Shown here in pieces: positions 39,573-48,230 of a stretch of 64,000 nt of DNA. The notes below the pieces were generated by a model that saw only the letters and a program-made list of their open reading frames with translations, did not search any database and was not told the origin of the DNA. Each line of letters begins with the position of its first letter. The stretch's first letter is position 1. Made by a program: the position numbers and the translations under genes. The DNA comes from an uncultured virus (IMG/VR IMGVR_UViG_2684623068_000003) (taxonomy: Duplodnaviria; Heunggongvirae; Uroviricota; Caudoviricetes). Location of the stretch: IMG/VR virus record IMGVR_UViG_2684623068_000003. One strand, written 5' to 3'.

Positions 39573-40054
39573 GAAAATAACCCTCCGGCCATATCCTGCG
39601 CTTTCTGCGCCATCTCACCCGCCTGACCGGCTAAGTCGTTGGCCTGTTGTTGCAGGTCTCCGAACATCGCCCCGAGCGATTCATCGACGCGGGTTAGGGT
39701 CATGCTAAATTCAATCCTGCGAGCACTGCCATCGGCAAAAAAGACGCTTTGTGTCTGCGTCATGCTGGCGACAATGTACATGCCATAGATTGCCCCATCG
39801 CCACCAATCAGCGGCCATGCTTTACCCTGCTCGGCCATCGTTTTAAGCGTGAGCATAGACAGCGCGCCGCCGGTGATTTCAGGCAGTAACACGCCCGACA
39901 AAGTCACCTTATCCTCGCCAGCACCTAAAAACTGATAAGTGGGACGCTGCCCTACACGGCTGTTTGACGGCCAGCGATAATCGAGGCTTTGCTGTAATGA
40001 TTGATAAGGCAATGTCTGGAGCTGAAACACAAACAGCCCGAGCGTTAACATCAT
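39569..40054 (-). CDS. U: Tail protein gpU
   Basis: Near-identical to 32449-32934. Confidence 0.95.
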   Translation of the reverse strand: MMLTLGLFVFQLQTLPYQSLQQSLDYRWPSNSRVGQRPTYQFLGAGEDKVTLSGVLLPEITGGALSMLTLKTMAEQGKAWPLIGGDGAIYGMYIVASMTQTQSVFFADGSARRIEFSMTLTRVDESLGAMFGDLQQQANDLAGQAGEMAQKAQDMAGGLFS

Positions 40055-40066
40055 AGTAAGGGCTCC

Positions 40067-42511
40067 TTAATCGGTGGTCATGCGCGAACGGCCAGCGGCG
40101 CGGCGTTGGCGGTCACGTTCTTCGAGTGCTTCGCGGATCATGTTTTTGGCATCCTCTCGGTTTTGACCAGGAGGAATATTAATATCGAGCTGGTAAGTAT
40201 GTTGGCTTTGGTCGGTATAACTTGCGCCACCCGCTTTTACCGGGGCATAGCCGCCGGTGAGTATCCCGCCCGAGGGTGAATAGCCTCGACCGTTCGCGCC
40301 GGTGGTGTACTGATTAACCTTGTTCGTGGTGGCATCGATATCGGCAGACTCTCTTTTCATTAAGCCCATTTTTTCTAACAGCCAATCGACTTTATTGCCT
40401 ATCGCGTTAAATAGATTGAGCGGTGCCGTCAGTACACTCGCCAACGCCTGACCAAATTCGACACCGGCATTTTTGCAGCTATCGAGGCTTTCTTTCGTCG
40501 ATGTCACCGGCGCAATCAAATCCCCGAACCATTTCCAAGCGGCTTGGAGCTTTTGCCCCAACGAATCAAACACCGGCATTAACGGCGCAAACATCTCAGA
40601 CACCGGCGCAAACGCAGCCTTGAGCCCTTCCACCACGCCGTCAAAAAAGGCGCTGATAGGCTCCCAATATTTACGGATAAGCAGAGCACCGGCGACAATA
40701 GCGACGCCAATCGCGACAATCGGCCACGTCAGCGCCCCGAGCACCGTTAAAATACCGCTACCGACGGCGGCAAAGACGGTGCCGAGCAGACTAGCTCCGG
40801 CAATAATGGCATTAATCCCCATCACCACCGGCCACGCCACCAGACCAATCGCGCCAAGAACGCCAATGATAGCGACCGCACCACCGGCAACTTTGAGGAG
40901 GGTTTGGGACAGCCCCTTATTTTTCTGTATCCACTGGTCGAGCTTAAGCACGTATTTCGTGGCGGTTTGGGTAAGAGAGCGTAGCGCGCCCTCCTGTTGG
41001 TCAAACAGGTCGATCCCCACGGCCTCATAGGCTGACTGGAATTCTTTAAAATCCCCGCCGAGGTTGTCCTGCATCACCTTGACCAGTTCCTCGGTTTTGC
41101 CGTCCGAGTCTTTCAGCATTTTGGTCAGGTTATCGAGCTTGCCCGAGGCGGCTGCGGTCATCAGTACCGCCGCCGACGAGCTGGCTTCTTCGCCGAAAAT
41201 GGTTTTCATATACTCGGCGCGCTGTGAGGTGCCGAGATTATTTTTATCAAAGCTTTTCTGCATCTCTTTAAGGATGGAGAACAGCGGGCGCATGTTGCCT
41301 TTACGGTCGGCGGTTTTGACGCCGAGCTCGTTAATCGCCTCGTAGGCTTTGCCGGTGGGGGCTTGTAATCGGGTGATGACTGCACGGCTTCCCGTCCCCG
41401 CCATTGAGCCGGTGATTTTGGCATCGGCCAGCGCACCCGCCATGGCGGCGGTTTCCTCGACGCTGATACCGGCGTTTTTAGCCACCGGCGCGGCGTATGT
41501 CAGTGTGTCGCTCAGCCCCTCAAAGTCGGCGGCGCTTTTATTCATGGTGGCCGAGATAACATCCCCAATATGCGACACCTTATCGTTAGCCAGCCCAAAC
41601 GCTGATTTGACTCCCATCAACAGCGCGGCGTTTTCTTCCATGCTGCGGCGGTTCGCCAGTGACATATTGAGCGTGGTAGGCGTCGCGGCCATGATGCCGT
41701 CTTTATCCGCGCCCGATTTAGCGATAATGATTTGTGCGGCAGCAGCGTCATCGGCTGAGGCGGCCGTGGTGTCGCCGAGCTGGCGTGCCTGACCGCGCAG
41801 CGCCAACATATCCGCACTCGATTTATCCAGACCGAGCACGGCCTGTAACTCAGAGTTTTTCTGTGCAAAGTCATAACCGGGCTTTAATGCCGCGACACCG
41901 GCCATAATGCCCGCCGTCGCCATACCCACACCGGCGGCACCGGCTCCGGCCAGATTACCGGCGAGCGCTTTACCGCTCTGATAGCGCTGATTAATCCGGC
42001 TGAGCTTGGCTTGCTGCTGGCTGTTACGTGCGAGGGCTTCGCGCTGGCGATTGAGGCTGGCGGTCGCTTCATTGACCGAGGCTTTCAGGCGGCGCTCATC
42101 GTTGGATAACGTGCGCGTATTGATACCCGCTTGCTGTAGCTCTTGGCGCTGACGCTGCACGGATTGGCGTAGGCCATTGTATTTAAGTTGGAGCTCAGAG
42201 GCGGCGCGCTTGGCTGACTCCATCACCTGCGCCTGTGCGCGTGTTGGCTTTTCGGTGGCTTTGAACTGGATAGCCAGCTCGGCGGCTTCTTGCTTGGCTT
42301 TCTTCAACGCTTGGCCGGTGACGGCGAGCTGGCCGCTCGTTTTGCGAAAGTCCTCAACGCGTCCCGCTTGGGTGTTCAGCTCTTTGAGGGTTTTCTGCGT
42401 GTCGCGAATACTGCCAGACAGAGACTTACTCTCCGTCTGGATCGCTTTAAACGGGCGGCTGGCTCGGTCGACGGCGTTGAGAAGCACCTGCAATTTTAGA
42501 TTATTGCTCAT
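40067..42511 (-). CDS. T: Tape measure protein gpT
   Basis: 814 aa, near-identical to 29992-32436. Confidence 0.95.
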   Translation of the reverse strand: MSNNLKLQVLLNAVDRASRPFKAIQTESKSLSGSIRDTQKTLKELNTQAGRVEDFRKTSGQLAVTGQALKKAKQEAAELAIQFKATEKPTRAQAQVMESAKRAASELQLKYNGLRQSVQRQRQELQQAGINTRTLSNDERRLKASVNEATASLNRQREALARNSQQQAKLSRINQRYQSGKALAGNLAGAGAAGVGMATAGIMAGVAALKPGYDFAQKNSELQAVLGLDKSSADMLALRGQARQLGDTTAASADDAAAAQIIIAKSGADKDGIMAATPTTLNMSLANRRSMEENAALLMGVKSAFGLANDKVSHIGDVISATMNKSAADFEGLSDTLTYAAPVAKNAGISVEETAAMAGALADAKITGSMAGTGSRAVITRLQAPTGKAYEAINELGVKTADRKGNMRPLFSILKEMQKSFDKNNLGTSQRAEYMKTIFGEEASSSAAVLMTAAASGKLDNLTKMLKDSDGKTEELVKVMQDNLGGDFKEFQSAYEAVGIDLFDQQEGALRSLTQTATKYVLKLDQWIQKNKGLSQTLLKVAGGAVAIIGVLGAIGLVAWPVVMGINAIIAGASLLGTVFAAVGSGILTVLGALTWPIVAIGVAIVAGALLIRKYWEPISAFFDGVVEGLKAAFAPVSEMFAPLMPVFDSLGQKLQAAWKWFGDLIAPVTSTKESLDSCKNAGVEFGQALASVLTAPLNLFNAIGNKVDWLLEKMGLMKRESADIDATTNKVNQYTTGANGRGYSPSGGILTGGYAPVKAGGASYTDQSQHTYQLDINIPPGQNREDAKNMIREALEERDRQRRAAGRSRMTTD

Positions 42512-42964
42512 CAGTGTTTCCGCTTCGTTGTAGCGCTTTGTCGCGCCAGAGGGCGAGCTCGGTCAGGCTCATGGGGTTAAGTTCTGAGGGCGGCCAGTGA
42601 AATATCACTGCGATATCCGCCATCAGGTCATCGACCGATAAGTCGGTGGGAAAGTCTATTGAGCCGAATTCGGCGACAAAAAACCGATCACCTTACCGGC
42701 GAGCGCAATCATGTCGGGCAGTTCCAACTTGACCACGTCGCTCTCCAACAATGGCGGGTAGGTCATACGCGGCAGCACTTTAATCAGCGCATCAACGTCA
42801 GAATTTGCCACCGCCGCCAGACTCACGCCGCGCAGGGTTCCCGCATTGGGTTTGGTGAGGGTCACCTGCTCGATAAGCAGTTCGCCACGCTTAATTGGGT
42901 TTTCCAGCGTTACCACGTTGTCATTTTCAGGGGTGACGTGCTCAGTGATGTTTTTATCTTTCAT
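42501..42964 (-). CDS. E: gpE (42656-42964) and -1 frameshift product gpE+E'
   Basis: Slippery TTTTTTG at 42677-42683 (minus). Confidence 0.9.
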
Positions 42965-43024
42965 AATCGTTCTCTTTAAACAAGGGGATTAACCGGCCAG
43001 TGTTGCACCTGACCGGCCATTGCA

Positions 43025-43064
43025 TTACAGACCGATGTTTTTACGGTGCTGCGCTAAGCGGTCA
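43025..43064 (-). pseudogene. FII: 3' remnant of tail tube FII
   Basis: Encodes DRLAQHRKNIGL-stop, matching the FII C-terminus of prophage 1. Confidence 0.88.
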
Positions 43065-43527
43065 CCCGACCATCAGCACTGCGGCCATGGAATTGATACG
43101 CGCCGACTGAACCGGCCACGCTTAATCCCTCAAAGGCTTGCTGAATACGCACCCGAAAATCGTTGTCGGACTCCAGCACGGCGGCCAGAGGGGGAATAGC
43201 GGTGGTATCGGCGGGCGTAATGACCAGACGTTCAACGTTATAGTTCGAGCCGAGGTTATCCAGATCGCCGCCGGTGGCATAGGCCAGCATGTTCGCGCGG
43301 GCGGCTTCATTCACCCGCTGACGCCACATCACCTCGCGATAAGCGTTTTCTTCGAGCAACTTGGTCAAGGGTTCGGATTCGAGCTGCAAGGTACGCGCCA
43401 CCGCTTCGCGCTGGCTCTCGTCACACAGAGACAACAGCGCCGCCTTGCGCTCGGCTAAAATACTTTCGTAGTCCAGCACCTCGACCACATCGGGCGCGGG
43501 AAGCTGACTCAGGTCAATGGTTGCCAT
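43054..43527 (-). pseudogene. J: Truncated gpJ (N-terminal ~155 aa)
   Basis: Matches gpJ up to HGRSADGRV, then joins the FII remnant. Confidence 0.92.
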
Positions 43528-43530
43528 GGA

Positions 43531-43878
43531 TTAACTCACAGGTACGTTAAGGGAGAAGGTGCCGCCGGTATCGGTCAGGGTGCCGGTGATATCGACCACC
43601 ATCTCGCCGTTAAACCGGTTATCGAACGTGATGGCCGTGAGCCTAACGCGGGGCTCCCACTTTAAAATCGCCATGTAACAGGCGGCCATAATTTGTAGGT
43701 TGAGCGCGGCGTTCTGCGGTTGGTCAATCAGGGCAGATAGGAGCGAACCATACTCACGACGCATGACCCGCGTGCCGACCGGCGTGATTAGAATATCGCG
43801 CACGCTTTGGCGAATATGGGCGAGGTCATCAAGCTGCTGGCCGTCGTCTCGGCTCATGCCTGAATAACGCGCCGTCAT
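43531..43878 (-). CDS. W: Baseplate protein gpW
   Basis: Near-identical to 23392-23739. Confidence 0.95.
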   Translation of the reverse strand: MTARYSGMSRDDGQQLDDLAHIRQSVRDILITPVGTRVMRREYGSLLSALIDQPQNAALNLQIMAACYMAILKWEPRVRLTAITFDNRFNGEMVVDITGTLTDTGGTFSLNVPVS

Positions 43879-44513
43879 TTCGTTCCCTCCGTCCATTCAC
43901 CGCCGCCTTTAACGCCGCCATGCCCATGTTTATCAACCTGTACGCCGTTCGAGGTGAATTTGCCGGTGTGTTCTATGGTGCCGCTCATCGTGCCGCCTTT
44001 TTGCACCTCGATAGAGCCGGTGGTTAGCTTGTTGGTGCAAATCACTTCGGGGGTATCGAGGGTGATTTTTTCGCTGGCGGTCACGGTGACGGACGGGCAA
44101 GTCACCACCACCGACGCCGAGGCGGTCACATCCGCGCTTTTTATACCGCTCACACTAAGCGCGCCGGTATCGGGCTCGTACTCGATGACCGCGCCGTCAG
44201 GAAACTCGACGCGCCAACCATCGGCAGACGCCGACGGGGCGGGAAAGTCATCACAATAAATGCCGGTCAGGACAAAGGCGGTATCAAGCTCGCCGCCGAC
44301 GGCCAGCAATAACACCTGCTCCCCCACCGACGGAGCCCACCAGTCACGCGAACGGCCAGCGCGACGCGCCAGCCAGTTAATCCAACCGGTTTGTATTTCG
44401 CCGGTTTGGACGCGGCACAGGGCTCCATCGGTATCGACTTCGGACACGACACCGGTGCGGATAAGGTTGCGCAGTAGACGCGAGATTTCGGATAGTTGGG
44501 ATTGTGTGCTCAT
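43875..44513 (-). CDS. V: Baseplate spike gpV
   Basis: Near-identical to 22757-23395. Confidence 0.95.
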   Translation of the reverse strand: MSTQSQLSEISRLLRNLIRTGVVSEVDTDGALCRVQTGEIQTGWINWLARRAGRSRDWWAPSVGEQVLLLAVGGELDTAFVLTGIYCDDFPAPSASADGWRVEFPDGAVIEYEPDTGALSVSGIKSADVTASASVVVTCPSVTVTASEKITLDTPEVICTNKLTTGSIEVQKGGTMSGTIEHTGKFTSNGVQVDKHGHGGVKGGGEWTEGTK

Positions 44514-44584
44514 GGGGAAAGGATGCCGCTAGGGAGGATTAGCGGCAATGTGATAGCGTAGGATGGGGGATCAGACAACAGGGA

Positions 44585-44612
44585 TAGACTGTTTAGTGCC
44601 AGAAGCGGACAT
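44585..44612 (-). repeat. 28-bp site, type B
   Basis: ATGTCCGCTTC-TGGCAC-TAAACAGTCTA. Confidence 0.85.
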
Positions 44613-44721
44613 ATCTTCAGATATTCTTATGGTGAAAAAACACAGCCATCAATTATTGTTCAATATCAATAATCAAAGCATGTTAGAGTTTCATTCGTAA
44701 GGAAAATCTCATCAGAAAAAT

Positions 44722-44749
44722 GCTTTATCACAGTGCCAAAAGTGGATAA
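44722..44749 (-). repeat. Degenerate type B site
   Basis: TTATCCACTTT-TGGCAC-TGTGATAAAGC; shares GTGCCAAAAGTGG with 46216-46228. Confidence 0.45.
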
Positions 44750-44830
44750 TCTATCACCTATTCATCTAGAGTTCGTTAGGTTTCGTTATCATTCGATTCA
44801 ATGTTCTTATACAAGGAATAGTTAGTCTCT

Positions 44831-46105
44831 ATGAGTGTCATAAAAGATTTTTTAGAACAATATAGCAAGCAGTATGATTACTATTCTGAGTTGGCAAAAA
44901 TTGGCTCAAACTTGCTCGAGCAGGAATTGGAGAAGAGAGGGATTAAAGCCATAGTTTCATTCAGAGCTAAGCGACCAGACCGCTTAGAACAAAAACTTAA
45001 TCAAAGAAATGAAAAGTCAGCATATGCAGATGTTGCTAATATATATGAAGATATCGTCGACCTGGCCGGTGTTCGAGTAGCTTTATATTTTCCAAAAGAT
45101 AGAGAAGTAGTTGATGAAACTATTAATTTTTTATTTAACGTCCGAAAAAAGAAAAACTTTCCAGAAGCATCTTATAAACCTAAGTTTGAAAAAAGATTTT
45201 CTGGTTACTGGGCATCTCATTATCGTGTCAATTTGAAAAACTCTAACCAAAATAAGAAGCGTTACGAAAGTGCATTATTTGAGATTCAAGTAGCATCGGT
45301 TCTTATGCATGCCTGGTCGGAAGTCGAACATGACCTTGTTTACAAACCTCTAGCAGGCGATTTGTCTGAAGAGGAACTTGCAATCCTGGATGAGATTAAT
45401 GGATTAGTGCTTACTGGCGAAATAGCTCTTGAAAGACTTCAAAAAGCCATAACAAAAAGAACTAAAGAAAAAGATAATATTTCAAATAGATATGAATTAA
45501 CGAGTTTTATAACCAACTCACTTAATAAGAATTATATAAACAAACTTAAATTAGGTGATACTAAAATTTTATTTAATTATCTCAAAGATAATTCTAGCAT
45601 AAGCGTCAGTGAACTTTCTGAATATTTGCGTAAAATTAATCAAAGTGAAAAAGAAACAATCACAGATCAATTGCTTCTTATGATTATTAATGATTCATAC
45701 AAGAGCGTTGGAAGTAATTTAAATCTTTCAAATTATTTCAAACATGCTCTTGGGGAACATAAGGATGTATCAGGGTTTGAGTCATTTGTTAAAACATGGA
45801 TTTTACTAGAAAAAGCAGTGTCTTTAATTCACAATCAAAACAATCGCCAGCACAAAAAATTCTTCACCGCAAAATTTGAGCCATTGGTTTCTGACGGAGT
45901 GCTGACGCAGGAAGAGTCAATTGAACTAAACTATTTTAAAAGAATTAGAAATAACTTACTTCATGGTATAGAAACACCTAACGATAAAGATCTAAACGAA
46001 ATGTTCGTTAGGTTGTTAGCATTAACTGAGAAGATTATCTCATCTATTAAAAATGATGATGATAAAGCTAAATTGCTCAAAGAAATAAAGACATTGAGTG
46101 ATTAA
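44831..46105 (+). CDS. RelA/SpoT (small alarmone synthetase-type) domain fused to a C-terminal HEPN-like domain
   Basis: RAK, DLAGVRV, GYWASHY, EIQVASVLMHAWSEVEHDLVYK; C-terminal FVKTWILLEK..RIRNNLLHG (RX4H). Confidence 0.85.
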   Translation: MSVIKDFLEQYSKQYDYYSELAKIGSNLLEQELEKRGIKAIVSFRAKRPDRLEQKLNQRNEKSAYADVANIYEDIVDLAGVRVALYFPKDREVVDETINFLFNVRKKKNFPEASYKPKFEKRFSGYWASHYRVNLKNSNQNKKRYESALFEIQVASVLMHAWSEVEHDLVYKPLAGDLSEEELAILDEINGLVLTGEIALERLQKAITKRTKEKDNISNRYELTSFITNSLNKNYINKLKLGDTKILFNYLKDNSSISVSELSEYLRKINQSEKETITDQLLLMIINDSYKSVGSNLNLSNYFKHALGEHKDVSGFESFVKTWILLEKAVSLIHNQNNRQHKKFFTAKFEPLVSDGVLTQEESIELNYFKRIRNNLLHGIETPNDKDLNEMFVRLLALTEKIISSIKNDDDKAKLLKEIKTLSD

Positions 46106-46178
46106 AATATGAGATAAAAATCATGGTCATAGGCTAATTATTGTTTTGTATTCAGAGCCTGAATCTAAGCAGAATGAT

Positions 46179-46232
46179 ATGTCCGCTCCTCGCTCAAAGC
46201 AGCCCACTCCGCTTCGTGCCAAAAGTGGCAGT
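46179..46232. repeat. Back-to-back type A (46179-46206, +) and type B (46205-46232, -) sites
   Basis: ATGTCCGCTCC-TCGCTC-AAAGCAGCCCA / ACTGCCACTTT-TGGCAC-GAAGCGGAGTG. Confidence 0.85.
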
Positions 46233-46329
46233 AGCTAATAGTCGATTGCGTGGAACAACTGAAACCAAATCAAATAGCCGCTATTGACACATGATGCAAA
46301 TACCCCGCAAGAGCGGGGTTTGAACGAAA

Positions 46330-46713
46330 CTACAATTTTTTAATCAGATTCTCAATATTGGCTGGTTCAAAGTAATGCGGATTAACTTCACCATTTATGA
46401 GGAAACCATCTTTAAGTAGGTCTTCAAGTTCACTCTCTACCTCTTTGTCGAAGATACCTGGATATATTCTCTTGTATGCCTGAAAGGTACCTTTCATCTT
46501 CCTGCAAGCATTTTCCGCGATTTCGAATGAGATCTCGTTTCCTGCATTAAAGGCCGGTATGAAGATCTCAAGAATATCGTTCTTTAGCTTCTGCTTAAGT
46601 TTCTTCTTTTCAACGATATTTGAGTAACAGATACCTAAAAAGAAGGTGAAGATACCAGGAACCCAATTGTTAACGAAAACTTCAAGAATCCCTTTAATAG
46701 ACAAAGTGTCCAC
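46330..46713 (-). CDS. Hypothetical protein with N-terminal TM helix
   Basis: 127 aa; GTG start with AGGAG SD; hairpin ACCCCGC-AAGA-GCGGGGT downstream (46302-46319). Confidence 0.7.
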   Translation of the reverse strand: MDTLSIKGILEVFVNNWVPGIFTFFLGICYSNIVEKKKLKQKLKNDILEIFIPAFNAGNEISFEIAENACRKMKGTFQAYKRIYPGIFDKEVESELEDLLKDGFLINGEVNPHYFEPANIENLIKKL

Positions 46714-46928
46714 TATCTTACTCCTGAATTAAGATTGAGGTTCATAAAGTACAAACCCAGTACAAGTCGGGTATTAAACTGCAGGTCGAATACGTTATTT
46801 ATTATACAGCGTTCATGTGAAAGTGCTTCACCTTTGGTGGCAAATTGCATGCGAATCCGTTTGCCGCTTGCCCTAAATAGATAACACTCGCTAAACCACT
46901 TTCCTGATAGGTGCTTACGAACGATCAT
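46713..46928 (-). pseudogene. 5' remnant of a P2-family integrase
   Basis: MIVRKHLSGKWFSECY..GKRIRMQFATKGEALSHE aligns by eye to the N-terminus of int at 1-1056. Confidence 0.85.
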
Positions 46929-47169
46929 TCTGTTTAGGCTTCATGAGTAAATCCCGGATTTTCGCAAGGTTTGAATTTTCGGGGGCTGAATCCATGTATG
47001 GATCGCGCTCAAACACTAATTGCTCAGACTCAACAAAAGCATGCCACTCTACTGGGTCTAGCTCAAATTCCATCGCCGACATATCACTTTCATCTTCCCC
47101 CTTGATCCAGCGGACTAAATAAAACAATTCATCATCAGGATGACTCATCATCGTCATCAACAATATCAA
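46915..47169 (-). CDS. Hypothetical acidic protein, probably 5'-truncated
   Basis: 84-aa ORF overlapping the int remnant start; weak start. Confidence 0.4.
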   Translation of the reverse strand: MILLMTMMSHPDDELFYLVRWIKGEDESDMSAMEFELDPVEWHAFVESEQLVFERDPYMDSAPENSNLAKIRDLLMKPKQNDRS

Positions 47170-47385
47170 CGTCGGTTACAGTGATGCGAAGGGTGGGATC
47201 GATTTTTGAGACATAAATCCCTAACTGCGGCATTGTTGTTCATGAGAATTCCTTTTATTAGTGTTTGCTATTCGAATAAAAATACGCCAAACAGTGTGCT
47301 TACTGTGAATACGGCAAGAATCGTTATAAGTATCCCGCTTAGACGCCCCATTCTCTTTCTGAGGGAGTATGTTACCTGAAAACGA

Positions 47386-47450
47386 ACTTCTGTTCCTCGC
47401 TCAAAGCAAACCCAATGACCACGTAACCGTTGCGTGCCAGAAGCCGACTT
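47386..47450. repeat. Back-to-back type A (47386-47413, +) and type B (47423-47450, -) sites
   Basis: ACTTCTGTTCC-TCGCTC-AAAGCAAACCC / AAGTCGGCTTC-TGGCAC-GCAACGGTTAC. Confidence 0.82.
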
Positions 47451-47536
47451 TTGGTAGTTGTCAGTAGGATGGTATTTGAGCAGAATGAGACAGCCTTAAA
47501 GGATGTTCGTTTTTTATACAACAACACAAGGTCTGA

Positions 47537-48061
47537 ATGGGGCTGCTGGCCCACAAAAGAAAGGATGTACGAGATCGAGCTATGCGTATTCATCAGCAGA
47601 ATAAGTCCCGTAAACTATATCGCAGCGTCAACACGACGACGCGGCACCATTCTAATAATCCGGGTGCTGAGTATCGGTGGGAACGAAATCGCAAAAAAGT
47701 CGGAGATGAGCTACTGGTAAAGCGCGAGACAATGCATAGCAGACAGAAGCGTGGCCGAGACTACACACCATTGTTTTATTTTCTGATCAAAGAGATTGGC
47801 AAGCCGTGGAATGAAATATTCAGCGAAGTATGTGGACGTCTTGATACCACCGAGCCGGTATTCTGGTTGGTCGCGCTACATGAGCATCAGCGAAGGGGTC
47901 TAGTCTGCATTGGTGAAAGCAGTTTTTACCCAGGTCTGTTTGTTGATGAGAATGGAATTCTGCAACAGGTAAACCTTTCAATCACAAGAGATGACGTTAA
48001 GGTGACATGTCGTTGCTGCACACACACTTATATTGGTGAACCTGTACCTTGGATAGATTGA
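47537..48061 (+). CDS. Hypothetical basic protein with C-terminal CRCCTH motif (start may be 47582)
   Basis: 174-aa ORF filling the interval between two site pairs; DYTPLF, PVFWLV, GLFVDENG. Confidence 0.7.
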   Translation: MGLLAHKRKDVRDRAMRIHQQNKSRKLYRSVNTTTRHHSNNPGAEYRWERNRKKVGDELLVKRETMHSRQKRGRDYTPLFYFLIKEIGKPWNEIFSEVCGRLDTTEPVFWLVALHEHQRRGLVCIGESSFYPGLFVDENGILQQVNLSITRDDVKVTCRCCTHTYIGEPVPWID

Positions 48062-48119
48062 GTGACACCACCTATCTTATCTTGGATGCGATCATTGTCA
48101 GCAGTAAGAGTGCTTGCAA

Positions 48120-48180
48120 ACATCCGTTACTCACTTACTCCGGGCAGTTAGCCCTTCCGCAATGTGCCAGGAACGGACAT
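48120..48180. repeat. Degenerate type A (48120-48147, +) and type B (48153-48180, -) sites
   Basis: ACATCCGTTAC-TCACTT-ACTCCGGGCAG / ATGTCCGTTCC-TGGCAC-ATTGCGGAAGG. Confidence 0.75.
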
Positions 48181-48230
48181 TGTCGGTAAAATGGAGTATG
48201 AGTGTCGTTGAATGCTTTTATAATGTGGCT

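Noticed and set aside
47372..47720. ORFs 47372-47593 (-) and 47430-47720 (+)
   Set aside because: They span the A/B junction and overlap the better 47537-48061 ORF
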